Below, in pieces: positions 19,884 through 28,897 of a stretch of DNA of 64,000 nucleotides. The notes beneath the pieces were generated by a model. The model was not told where the DNA came from, searched no databases, and saw only the letters and a program-made list of their open reading frames with translations. Location of the stretch: positions 139,319 to 203,318 of the forward strand of contig CAWGLD010000003.1 in the NCBI GenBank assembly GCA_963823335.1, written 5' to 3'. This stretch comes from an uncultured delta proteobacterium. Lineage in GTDB: Bacteria > Desulfobacterota > Desulfobacteria > Desulfobacterales > B30-G6. How positions within the stretch are numbered: the first letter of the stretch is position 1; the number at the start of each line of letters is the position of its first letter. A program made the position numbers and the translations under genes.

Positions 19884-19957
19884 TTGAACCACGATAGCGG
19901 GCGCATTCTCCCTGGCTTTCCGAAGATTTCTCGCAACCCGTTGTGAGACCTTTTCAA
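19884..19957 (+). mobile_element. Repeat family A, degenerate copy
   Basis: ttgaaccacgatagcgggcgcattctc...gaagatttctcgcaacccgttgtgagaccttttcaa retains both ends. Confidence 0.55.
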
Positions 19958-19995
19958 ATAGAGGCAGCGCTTGGGCTAAAACAGAAAAGTAGCGT

Positions 19996-20805
19996 ATGTA
20001 TCATATTGAATCTGCAGGAATTACCGATATTGGCACCAAACGAAAAAATAACGAAGATGCGTTTTTTTTAAACGACGAGCAGCAGCTATATGTGGTTGCG
20101 GATGGTATGGGCGGACACCAGGCGGGTGAAGTTGCCAGCAACCTGGTGGTGGAAACGCTTTGGGATTACGTCAAGCGCTTCGATGGTGATAGTGATGTGG
20201 AGGAGCTGACGGACCCAGATGAATCCTTATCCAAAGAAGCCAATCGACTGCTTTCGGGCATTTATCTGGCCAATAAGAGTGTATTCCAGGCCTCCCAGAG
20301 CTGTGAGGACTATCGCGGTATGGGTTCAACCGTTTCATCCGTCTATTTTACAGACAACAGTCTTATTGCCGCAAACGTTGGTGACAGTCCCATTTACCTG
20401 ATTCATGATGGTAGCATTGAGTTGCTGTCGGTTCTCCATACGGTCCTTGCCGAACAGCGTGCCATGGATCCTGACAATACCAAACAACTGGGCAATGAGT
20501 TCAAGCATATGCTGACCCGGGCAATAGGTGTCAACGAAACAGTCCAGGCCGATATATCTGAAATACAGTGCTTCAAGGGGGATATGCTTGTTATCGGTTC
20601 TGATGGATTGACAGAAAAGATCACCAAGGAAGAGATTCACGAAATCGTAGCAAAGGAAAAGCCTGAGAAAGCCTGCCGGAAACTGGTGGATCTGTCTAAT
20701 CAACGCATGGGGGGCGACAACGTGACCGTTGTTGTTCTGAAGATAAAGAATGCCAAATCTCCCAAGGGAGGGTTCTTCAAGTTCCTATCAAATATATTTT
20801 CTTGA
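19996..20805 (+). CDS. PP2C/PPM-family Ser/Thr phosphatase (Stp1-like)
   Basis: TDIGTKRKNNED, VADGMGGH, GMGST, NVGDS, LTRAIG, SDGL, GGDNVT. Confidence 0.93.
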   Translation: MYHIESAGITDIGTKRKNNEDAFFLNDEQQLYVVADGMGGHQAGEVASNLVVETLWDYVKRFDGDSDVEELTDPDESLSKEANRLLSGIYLANKSVFQASQSCEDYRGMGSTVSSVYFTDNSLIAANVGDSPIYLIHDGSIELLSVLHTVLAEQRAMDPDNTKQLGNEFKHMLTRAIGVNETVQADISEIQCFKGDMLVIGSDGLTEKITKEEIHEIVAKEKPEKACRKLVDLSNQRMGGDNVTVVVLKIKNAKSPKGGFFKFLSNIFS

Positions 20806-20909
20806 TTTCCCTCTATGATTCGACGGAACACACCTGGTTTCTGTTGGATAGCGGGGGAATCCCATAAATCATTTGCTGATTTTACCGATACCATCAAGAG
20901 GATGCTAAC

Positions 20910-21620
20910 ATGCCGAAACTCATACTGAAGTATAAGGATACAAAGATCAATGATTTCCTGCTTGATAAAGGCAGGAACATTACGATTGGACGCCGGGAGA
21001 GCAATGACATCGTGATTGAGAATCTGGCAGTTTCCGGGATGCATGCTAAAATCGATGCCATCGACAAGGGATACCTCTTGACGGATCTGAAGAGCAAGAA
21101 CGGTACCTTTGTCAATGGTCAGCTCATCGCCACGCACTGGCTTGGGCATGGAGACACGGTGAGTATCGGCAAGCACACACTGGTTTTCGCCTATGTCGAG
21201 GGAGAAGAAAGGGAGACCGCCAGTGGTGCCGGCGGCATGGACAAAACCATGGTCATGGATACAGACAAGTACCGCGACATGCTGTCAAAAAGCTCCGGAA
21301 ACGCGGCGGGTACTATCAGGAAAAAGGAGTTTGTGGGTGTTTTATCTTTCCTTACCGGTGGTGATGGTGAGCAGGAAATTAAAAAGAAGCTGATCAAGAT
21401 AGGGAAAGATGCTTCTTCTGACATCATTGTCAGAGGGTTGATGATCGGAAAAACAGCCGCTACCATCAGCAAAAGACCCAAGGGATATTATCTGAGTTAT
21501 GTGGGTGGTATGGCCAAACCAAAAGTCAATGATGTGGCGGTCAAAGAATCAATCCTCTTGAATGAGTTTGATATTATCGAACTGGGTTCGGTCAAGATGC
21601 AGTTCATCTATAAAAATTGA
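20910..21620 (+). CDS. Double FHA-domain protein
   Basis: FHA1 IGRRESNDI..VSGMHA..SKNGTFVN; second FHA-like domain lacks the GR/SxxH/NG residues. Confidence 0.85.
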   Translation: MPKLILKYKDTKINDFLLDKGRNITIGRRESNDIVIENLAVSGMHAKIDAIDKGYLLTDLKSKNGTFVNGQLIATHWLGHGDTVSIGKHTLVFAYVEGEERETASGAGGMDKTMVMDTDKYRDMLSKSSGNAAGTIRKKEFVGVLSFLTGGDGEQEIKKKLIKIGKDASSDIIVRGLMIGKTAATISKRPKGYYLSYVGGMAKPKVNDVAVKESILLNEFDIIELGSVKMQFIYKN

Positions 21621-21722
21621 TATCACCATAAAAAATCTTATCTTTTACGGTTTATCCGGCAATCCCTTAATTTTTTTTCACTTTTCGATAGTCAATTTTC
21701 AATGTCATAGTTCCGCACGGTT

Positions 21723-21815
21723 GTGATTCCCGCGAAGGTGGGGATCCAGAAAAATACTGGATGCCGGATCAAGTCCGGCATGACGGAGGTTGGCTATTTA
21801 GTCGCCGGGTTAATA
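21723..21815 (-). repeat. Repeat family E: REP-like doublet (GTCATGCCGGACTTGATCCGGCATCCA type)
   Basis: About 47 bp match in inverted orientation to 42172-42218, plus a degenerate gtgattcccgcgaaggtggggatccag partner. Confidence 0.8.
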
Positions 21816-21915
21816 AGTTAAATGTGTAGAAAATTAACCCTTGTAGAGTTGAATCAGTGCCGGCCCTTTGGACCCGGGTATCTACGATAGCTTTCTTAAC
21901 TGCGGGAGGTGTTTT

Positions 21916-22302
21916 GTGGTTGATATCAGTACCCATCTTGCCATTGACCAGGCCTTGTGCGGAAAGCCGCAGCAAATCGAGAATGGAAAAAGCTGTGTTG
22001 TCTTCACGGCCTTACCGGAGATGGCTGCGGATAACACCGGCCTTGTTCATGGTGGATTTGTGTTCGGATTGGGCGATTATGCCGCCATGCTGGCCGTCAA
22101 TCACCCGAACGTGGTTCTGGGATCGGCGGATGTTACGTTTCTCCTTCCAGTACAGGTGGGTGACACCCTGGAGGCGCGGGCAGCGGTTCAAAGAAAGGAA
22201 GGCAAAAAACAGATGGTGGATGTTGTGATCACAAAGAGTGATAACGCGGTCTTTACAGGCATATTTACCTGTTTTGTTTTGGATTCACACGTTCTTGGCT
22301 GA
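21916..22302 (+). CDS. Hotdog-fold thioesterase (PaaI-like)
   Basis: GLVHGGFVFGLGDYAAMLAV motif; GGGAGGT RBS before GTG 21916. Confidence 0.85.
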   Translation: MVDISTHLAIDQALCGKPQQIENGKSCVVFTALPEMAADNTGLVHGGFVFGLGDYAAMLAVNHPNVVLGSADVTFLLPVQVGDTLEARAAVQRKEGKKQMVDVVITKSDNAVFTGIFTCFVLDSHVLG

Positions 22303-22397
22303 TGTTCCTGCTCCAAATATTTCATGAAAAACCATCAGAAATATTGTATGAATACAAATAAATCAGTTTTAACCATGGTCGAACAGGAGAAATTCCC

Positions 22398-23834
22398 ATG
22401 AAGCACAAGGTCATTATCAGAAAGTGCGCTGATTACGACGCAGACAAAATAGCCGGTATTATCCGTGAGGGCATGCAGACACTGGGGGTTGAACCCGAGG
22501 GTAATATCCTTCTGAAGCCGAATGCAGTTATCGCGCACCCTGAGATATTTCCGCACGCCTTCACACGCAAGGAGTTTTTAGACGGTGTTATTGCCGCTAC
22601 AAAATCACTTGCCGTAAATGTCAAAGAGATCGCCGTCGGGGAGAGATGCGGCATTGTTATACCGACCCGCTTCAGTTTCAAGAACGCCGGGTACCCTGAG
22701 ATCATAAAAAAACATGGTATCAAGACCTACTATTTTGATGAGGTCAAGCAGGTTTCAGTCGAAATAAAGGGCAAAGAAAACCTGAGACGCCAGTTGTTTA
22801 TCCCCAAGCCGGTCGTTGAGGCCGATTTTCTGATCAATCTTCCTAAATTTAAAGCACACCCCTGGAGCCGCATGACCTTGAGTCTCAAGAATTTTATCGG
22901 GATCCAGGATGATCGGCACCGCCTTGTGGACCACAACCAGTTTCTGGAACATAAAATAGCCGACCTCCAGGAGGTTATTCAGCCAAAGTTTATCGCTATT
23001 GATGGGATTATTGCGGGTCAGAAGATGATGCTGACCCCGACACCCTTTCCTCTGGGTGCCATCGTGATGGGTACCAATTCATGTGCCGTGGATACGGTAG
23101 GGTGCCACATGGTCCACGCAGATCCAAAGGATGTGGTTCATCTCCGTCTTGCGTCGGAAAGGGGCTTCGGTCCCATGGATATTTCGGAGATAGAGATTCT
23201 GGGTGACTTCCCCTTGGAAGAGGTCAGGGCGCATAGCAAAGGTTTTGCTTTCTGCATGGAAAAAATCGACGACTATTTTGGTGATGAAAGCAATCTTTCC
23301 TGTACCGTGGGAACCTTTCCGGAAGCGCACTCCAAGGATTACTGCTGGGGGGGGTGCCCGGGAGCACTGCAGGAGTCGATGCATATTTTCAGGGGGTTAT
23401 ATCCAGACGTCGACAAAAAGATGAAAAGAATTCGTTACGTTGTTGGGAAGGTGGAGGGCCCCCTTGATCTGGCTGATGATGAAAAGGTCATTTTTGCCGG
23501 TAATTGCACCAGCTGGAAAGGGGAGATCGATGGTAAAAAAGTGACCATCGAGGGTCAGTACAAAAGGCCGCATGAGGTGGATGAAACCAAGACAAAGTCA
23601 AACGACATGCTGCTCAAGACAATTACCGCTCTCTTTCATGCATTTAAAAATAGAGGATCAAGATATCTGCATGCCAAGGGATGCACCATATCGGTTGCCG
23701 AGCATGTTAACTATTTATCGACCATGGCGGGGATTAAAAATCCCCATTTTGATCTGAGATTATCCATCGGTTTAACGTTTACATACTGGCAGATGCGATT
23801 CAAACGACTTTTTAACCGACTGCTTGGGGCATAG
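22398..23834 (+). CDS. DUF362 domain protein (probable Fe-S protein)
   Basis: ILLKPN, INLPKFKAH, TLSLKNFIG, IDGI, AVD motifs; C-terminal CWGGC/GNC/KGC cysteines. Confidence 0.8.
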   Translation: MKHKVIIRKCADYDADKIAGIIREGMQTLGVEPEGNILLKPNAVIAHPEIFPHAFTRKEFLDGVIAATKSLAVNVKEIAVGERCGIVIPTRFSFKNAGYPEIIKKHGIKTYYFDEVKQVSVEIKGKENLRRQLFIPKPVVEADFLINLPKFKAHPWSRMTLSLKNFIGIQDDRHRLVDHNQFLEHKIADLQEVIQPKFIAIDGIIAGQKMMLTPTPFPLGAIVMGTNSCAVDTVGCHMVHADPKDVVHLRLASERGFGPMDISEIEILGDFPLEEVRAHSKGFAFCMEKIDDYFGDESNLSCTVGTFPEAHSKDYCWGGCPGALQESMHIFRGLYPDVDKKMKRIRYVVGKVEGPLDLADDEKVIFAGNCTSWKGEIDGKKVTIEGQYKRPHEVDETKTKSNDMLLKTITALFHAFKNRGSRYLHAKGCTISVAEHVNYLSTMAGIKNPHFDLRLSIGLTFTYWQMRFKRLFNRLLGA

Positions 23835-23956
23835 TTTTCATGCTCAACTGCATGAAAATTTATAGTAAAACGATGGAAAACAGGGCACCATGGCTTCTAA
23901 TTGGTATTTATTAAACGCCGTACAGTCTCACTTATGGCGCAAAGATTGAGTTCGTA

Positions 23957-26900
23957 ATGCCGAATCCAGGTTTCAATGTATTTACCAGTAACCGCCTTGA
24001 AAATCTCGTGGAACAGCTGGCCCTGGAAATGCGAACACCACTCTTTTCGCCACTTGAGAAGGACCTGATCATTGTGCAGAGCCAGGGAATGGCCAGGTGG
24101 GTTTCCATGGAACTTGCCAGGATCAATCGCATTTGTGCCAACTGTTTTTTCCCCTTCCCGAATGCCTTTCTGAACCATCTGTGCAAAAATCTGCTGCCCG
24201 GTGTTTCCGAATCCCCCGTGTTTGCCGCCAATGCTTTGACATTCAGGATTATGACGATTCTGCCCGGATGTCTGCACCAACCAGCATACAGCACTCTGAA
24301 ATCCTATCTAGCGGATGATCAGGAAGGTGTAAAGCTGTTCCAGCTGTCAAACAAGATCGCAGATCTCTTTGACCAGTATCTTGTCTTCAGACCCGGGATG
24401 ATTCTCGGCTGGGAGCGGGGAGAACGCCCCTCAGATTTCAGCCAGTTTTGGCAGGCCGATCTATGGATGGAGATTAACACACCCGTGGAGGCTATGCACC
24501 GCGCACGTATGCGTGAGATGTTGCTCGAGATACTGTCAACCGCTAATTTGGATGAGCCACCCTTGCCAAAACGGGTTTCAGCCTTTGGTATTTCGCACCT
24601 TCCCTTGTTTCATCTACAGGTCCTGGAAGCTGTTTCCAAGCATGCCCAGGTCGATCTATATCTCATGAATCCCTGCAGAGAATACTGGGAAGAAATCGTG
24701 ACCAACAGAGACATCCGCCGTATCAGACAACAGTATATGGCCAGGGATATCGAACCACAAGACCTGCATCTCGATAAGGGAAACAGGATTCTTGCCAGCA
24801 TGGGGTTACTCGGGAAAGATTTCATTTCCATGATCAGTGAGCTCGATTGTGAACAGATCGAGATGTTTGAATCGCCACACAGACAGACCATGCTTTCGAC
24901 AATCCAGGCTGATATTCTGGATCTGGTTGAAACCGCAGTTCCATTTGAGCCGCAAATCGAAAAGAGTGACGATTCAGGAGAGGGCCGGCATAAAGCGCCA
25001 TGCAGGTTTACCGATGATGGCAGTATCGTCATGCATGCCTGTCACAGCCCCATGCGGGAGATCGAGGTTCTCTATGACAGTATCCTCGCCATGCTGGAGG
25101 AAGATCCTGCCCTGACACCCCGGGATGTCCTGGTTATGATTCCGGATATTGAAACATACGCGCCGTTTATATATGCCGTGTTCGATACCGTTTCCGAAGA
25201 CAGGATGCGCATTCCGTTCAGTGTCGCCGATAGAAGTATCTTCAAAGAGAGTCGCGTCATCGATGGTTTCATGGCGGTTCTCGAGTTGACAGAAAGCAGG
25301 ATGGAGGCAGGGCGTGTTCTTTGTCTGCTGGAATATCCTGTTATAAGAGAGAAATTCGGACTGACTGAAAGAGATCTGATCCACCTGGAGGGATGGGTAA
25401 AGGACGTCAATATACGCTGGGGAAGAGATGCGGCTTCCCGTTCCCGGCTGGGACTGCCGGCCATGAATGAAAACACATGGGGAGCAGGGGTCCAGCGTCT
25501 GCTCCTGGGTCTGGCCATGACCGGTAATGAGCGCAATCTGTTCTCGGGTATTCTTCCCTATGACAACATGGAAGGGGAAGACACGTTGCTGCTGGGCAGG
25601 TTTCTCGATTTTTTAGCGTGTCTGTTTCAAACCTGCACAAGCTTGGAACAACCCAAAACAGTCTCTCAATGGGCTGGGGCCTTTTTCAGCGCCTTGAGTG
25701 AGATGTTTTCTTGTGCGGATCCTTTTGAAAGGGATATACAGACCCTGCGCAAGACAATTGATCAGATGGTCGAGAATGCTCGGGTTTCCGGATTCGAGGA
25801 CAGGCTTGGTCTCGAGGTCGTCAAAGCCAGCCTGCGCAACAGCCTTGAGAGCGACATTTTCGGCTCAGGTTTCATTTCGGGCGGTGTTACATTCTGTGCC
25901 ATGCTTCCCATGCGTAGCATACCCTTCCAGGCTATTTGTCTGGTGGGGCAGAGCACGGACGAATTTCCCAGGGATATCCGAAAGCTGAGCTTTGATCTGA
26001 TGGCGGGACACCCCGCCAAAGGAGATCGTTCCAGGCGGGATGACGATAAATATCTGTTTCTCGAAGCGCTGATTTCAGCCAGAAAAATATTTTATGTCAG
26101 TTATATAGGGCAGAGTATACAGGACAACACAAGAATTGTTCCCTCGGTCCTGGTCAGCGAGCTCATCGATTATATTCACGATCGTTTCGGTGTTGACCCG
26201 GATGATCTGGTAAAACACCATCCATTGCAGGCCTTTTCCCCGGTGTACTTTCAGGGGCAAAGCCCCTTTTTCAGTTATTCTCAGGAAAATTTTGTGGCAG
26301 CGAGCCAGGCAAATACAAGCGAACGTCAGCACAAGTTCGGTGCCGGCGGTCTTGGGCCGCCTTCAGACGAATGGCGTCAACTGGATGTGGAGACCTTGTA
26401 CTTTTTTTTCAGGAATCCAGCCAGGTTTCTGCTGCAGCAGCGTCTGGGCATCGTTTTTGAAGAATTGGCGCTTTTGCCGGACGACCGGGAAAATTTCAGA
26501 CTGGAGGGTCTCAACAGATATCTGGTGGAACAGGAGCTGTTCCGTTGTCAGGCACAAGGAATCGACCCGGATGATCTGAAGCCGGTTATAACAGCCCGGG
26601 GTATCCTTCCCCACGCCGGAATCGGTTCATATGAGTTCAAGCGCATGTCCCTGGACATCAAAAGGTATGGTGATTTTCTGGCAACTTATGTCCGGGAGGG
26701 GACGCCGGCTTCCCAGCCATTCGAACTGGTGATCGGCGACTATACATTGACGGGCAACATTCCCGGCATCTATGGGGACAATTGTTTTTATTTTCGTTAT
26801 ACCCGCTGGAATCCCGGGGATATGATCCGCCTGTGGATATATCATCTGGTCCGTGGCTGCCTTGCGAATGTGCCTCCAGGGAACAGCTGGTACATAGCTC

Positions 26901-27241
26901 GTGACGCGGCATTTGAATTTATGCCGGTAAGCAGCGGTCCTGTGATTTTGAAATCGCTGCTGTCAATTTTCTGGGAGGGTCTGAGTCAGCCGATCCATTT
27001 TTTTCCCTCATCATCCCACGCGTATGCTGAGCAGGTAATACAATATTCGAACACACGCCGGGCAGGTTTGAAATCTGCCGGAAATAAATGGCTCAATGAT
27101 CGATCATGGTCTGAATCGGCCGATCCATATGTAGCCTTCTGTTTTGCAGGGTCGAATCCATTGGACAACAGCTTTGAAACCCTTGCGGAAACGATTTTCC
27201 GTCCGATAATGGCGCACTCCCAGGCCAGGGAAGGACCTTAA
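23957..27241 (+). CDS. recC: Exodeoxyribonuclease V gamma subunit
   Basis: SNRLENL, IVQSQGMARW, FDQYLVFRP, NPCREYW, CHSPMREIEVL, PMRSIPF, GDRSRRDDDKYLFLEALISAR. Confidence 0.95.
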   Translation: MPNPGFNVFTSNRLENLVEQLALEMRTPLFSPLEKDLIIVQSQGMARWVSMELARINRICANCFFPFPNAFLNHLCKNLLPGVSESPVFAANALTFRIMTILPGCLHQPAYSTLKSYLADDQEGVKLFQLSNKIADLFDQYLVFRPGMILGWERGERPSDFSQFWQADLWMEINTPVEAMHRARMREMLLEILSTANLDEPPLPKRVSAFGISHLPLFHLQVLEAVSKHAQVDLYLMNPCREYWEEIVTNRDIRRIRQQYMARDIEPQDLHLDKGNRILASMGLLGKDFISMISELDCEQIEMFESPHRQTMLSTIQADILDLVETAVPFEPQIEKSDDSGEGRHKAPCRFTDDGSIVMHACHSPMREIEVLYDSILAMLEEDPALTPRDVLVMIPDIETYAPFIYAVFDTVSEDRMRIPFSVADRSIFKESRVIDGFMAVLELTESRMEAGRVLCLLEYPVIREKFGLTERDLIHLEGWVKDVNIRWGRDAASRSRLGLPAMNENTWGAGVQRLLLGLAMTGNERNLFSGILPYDNMEGEDTLLLGRFLDFLACLFQTCTSLEQPKTVSQWAGAFFSALSEMFSCADPFERDIQTLRKTIDQMVENARVSGFEDRLGLEVVKASLRNSLESDIFGSGFISGGVTFCAMLPMRSIPFQAICLVGQSTDEFPRDIRKLSFDLMAGHPAKGDRSRRDDDKYLFLEALISARKIFYVSYIGQSIQDNTRIVPSVLVSELIDYIHDRFGVDPDDLVKHHPLQAFSPVYFQGQSPFFSYSQENFVAASQANTSERQHKFGAGGLGPPSDEWRQLDVETLYFFFRNPARFLLQQRLGIVFEELALLPDDRENFRLEGLNRYLVEQELFRCQAQGIDPDDLKPVITARGILPHAGIGSYEFKRMSLDIKRYGDFLATYVREGTPASQPFELVIGDYTLTGNIPGIYGDNCFYFRYTRWNPGDMIRLWIYHLVRGCLANVPPGNSWYIARDAAFEFMPVSSGPVILKSLLSIFWEGLSQPIHFFPSSSHAYAEQVIQYSNTRRAGLKSAGNKWLNDRSWSESADPYVAFCFAGSNPLDNSFETLAETIFRPIMAHSQAREGP

Positions 27242-27503
27242 CCCTATCGTTGCATAAACAACATGGCAAAACATAGATATTTATTTGTTATTATATGCAA
27301 TATAGTAGCGATAGCGTCATTGTCTGGATATTCTCCCAGGTGAATTCTAAGGATGGTGTCTTTTTTTGCCATGTTGTTTACCCTGCGGGAAAGCCGGAGA
27401 ACTTCAGATCCTGCGTTGCTGAGGGTTCGAAGTAAAAAACTACGACTTCACCCTCAGGCGCCTTGACTCTGAAGCCCTCCGGCTTTTGCAACGTTAGGGT
27501 TAA
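27238..27503. mobile_element. Composite TIR element containing a family C core in reverse orientation
   Basis: Outer IR ttaaccctatcgttgca / tgcaacgttagggttaa (16/17). Inner IR taaacaacatggcaaaa / ttttgccatgttgttta. Third IR aaagccggag / ctccggcttt around the reversed CAAGGCG...CAACGCAG core. Confidence 0.8.
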
Positions 27504-27575
27504 TTCTGATCTAAATCCTCCGCATCCGGTGGAGGCTTGGTACAACGAGATAAAAGAGTTTTGTTGTTTAAAAAA

Positions 27576-27619
27576 AAGCGACAACGTCGCGTCAAATAAA
27601 ATCGTCCCAACGATTTTAT
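27576..27619 (-). repeat. Repeat family D: double-hairpin element
   Basis: Reverse complement ataaaatcgttgggacgattttatttgacgcgacgttgtcgctt matches 32521-32564. Confidence 0.85.
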
Positions 27620-27633
27620 AAGAGATAAAGAAA

Positions 27634-28122
27634 ATGACTGAAAAATACCGGAAAACATATCCCATATCATGGGAGCAGCTGCACAGAGATTCAAAAGCAT
27701 TGGCCTGGCGGCTGCTGGATCTGGGAAAGTGGCAGGGGATTGTCGCCATCACCCGGGGAGGACTGGTTCCAGCCGCGGTCATTTCCAGGGAACTGGATAT
27801 TCACATGGTTGATACCATCTGCATTTCCAGCTACCAGTGGAAAGAACAGGGCAAAGTGGACGTGCTGAAATCGTTTCAGGGGAACGGGGAGGGCTGGCTT
27901 CTGGTGGATGACCTGGTGGATACGGGCAGAACAGCAGGCGTTGCCAGAAAAATGCTTCCAAACGCTCATTTTGCAACGGTTTATGCAAAACCTGCCGGAA
28001 GACCCCTGGTGGATACATTCATCACGGAGGTGAGCCAGGACACTTGGATCCTGTTCCCTTGGGACTCGGAGTCTCGCTTTGTGGAACCGATCTCCAATAC
28101 GTACCCGAACAATGGCCGATAA
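27634..28122 (+). CDS. gpt: Xanthine-guanine phosphoribosyltransferase
   Basis: [22 protein letters not shown] loop [22 protein letters not shown]. Confidence 0.92.
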   Translation: MTEKYRKTYPISWEQLHRDSKALAWRLLDLGKWQGIVAITRGGLVPAAVISRELDIHMVDTICISSYQWKEQGKVDVLKSFQGNGEGWLLVDDLVDTGRTAGVARKMLPNAHFATVYAKPAGRPLVDTFITEVSQDTWILFPWDSESRFVEPISNTYPNNGR

Positions 28123-28168
28123 GGGGCCGGATGGACGTGTTTTATCAATATTAACTATTATGAATTTG

Positions 28169-28315
28169 TAGAGGCCTTTGAAAAATGCTCAATTTTGGTT
28201 TAGTTCAAGGAAGGCGAAAATTTTAAGCGCAGGAATACATGCTGTATTTTGAGTATTAAAATTTGAGTCTGACACAGAAATAGACCAAAAGGGAGTGTTT
28301 TTCAAAGGTCTCTTA
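28169..28315. mobile_element. Repeat family C copy 2
   Basis: TIR agaggcctttgaaaaa / tttttcaaaggtctct (15/16); core CAAGGAAGG...CTGACACAG; lies between convergent genes. Confidence 0.8.
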
Positions 28316-28747
28316 GAAAGCTCCCAGCTGGCAGGGCTTGACTTTTACACCCAGGGACTCGCAGGCGCTTGCGACATCGAGTTTTTTAATTCCCTGCTTC
28401 GATGCAATTTCCCAGCAGTGCTCACATGAGATACGGCTGTCTGTCAGTTCTGTTTCAATTGCGTTTTTGAGTTCCGGAGAGACGCTGTCCGCTGGCGTGA
28501 CGATGTTTTTTTGGGGCGAATATCCAAAGAGCCCCATCTGGCACTTGACAATACGAGCCTCCAGGAGGTCAATGGTCATACCGACATATGAGGGCGCTAT
28601 CGAAAGATCTGCGGCAACGGCATGCGCCGCAGCACAGCTTATGTGATTTTCGGAAAGTTTTTGCCTGACCTGTTCCACAACGTTAGGGTCGGCTTGGGCT
28701 CCCTTGGAGTGTTTGGCTGCATAATGTCCTGCATCTTCATGGGTCAT
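28313..28747 (-). CDS. Hypothetical protein with two tandem Cys-containing repeats
   Basis: ISCAAAHAVA..VKCQMGLF and ISCEHCWEIA..KPCQLGAF; start MTHEDAGHY with GGGAG RBS. Confidence 0.8.
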   Translation of the reverse strand: MTHEDAGHYAAKHSKGAQADPNVVEQVRQKLSENHISCAAAHAVAADLSIAPSYVGMTIDLLEARIVKCQMGLFGYSPQKNIVTPADSVSPELKNAIETELTDSRISCEHCWEIASKQGIKKLDVASACESLGVKVKPCQLGAF

Positions 28748-28897
28748 GGTGTGCTCCCTTGATTTGGTTTTGTAATGCTTTTCAAGCGAAGGAGTTATCA
28801 TTAGCATGTCTGCGGAAAATAAGCAATTTTTCCCAACTGCTTGGGAGAAGAATCTTAAAGATCATAACCGATCGTGTCGAAATATTAACGGCTTTAC

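Noticed and set aside
27238-27380. Integron attC site
   Set aside because: No integron integrase or cassette array; the inverted repeats fit a TIR element better.
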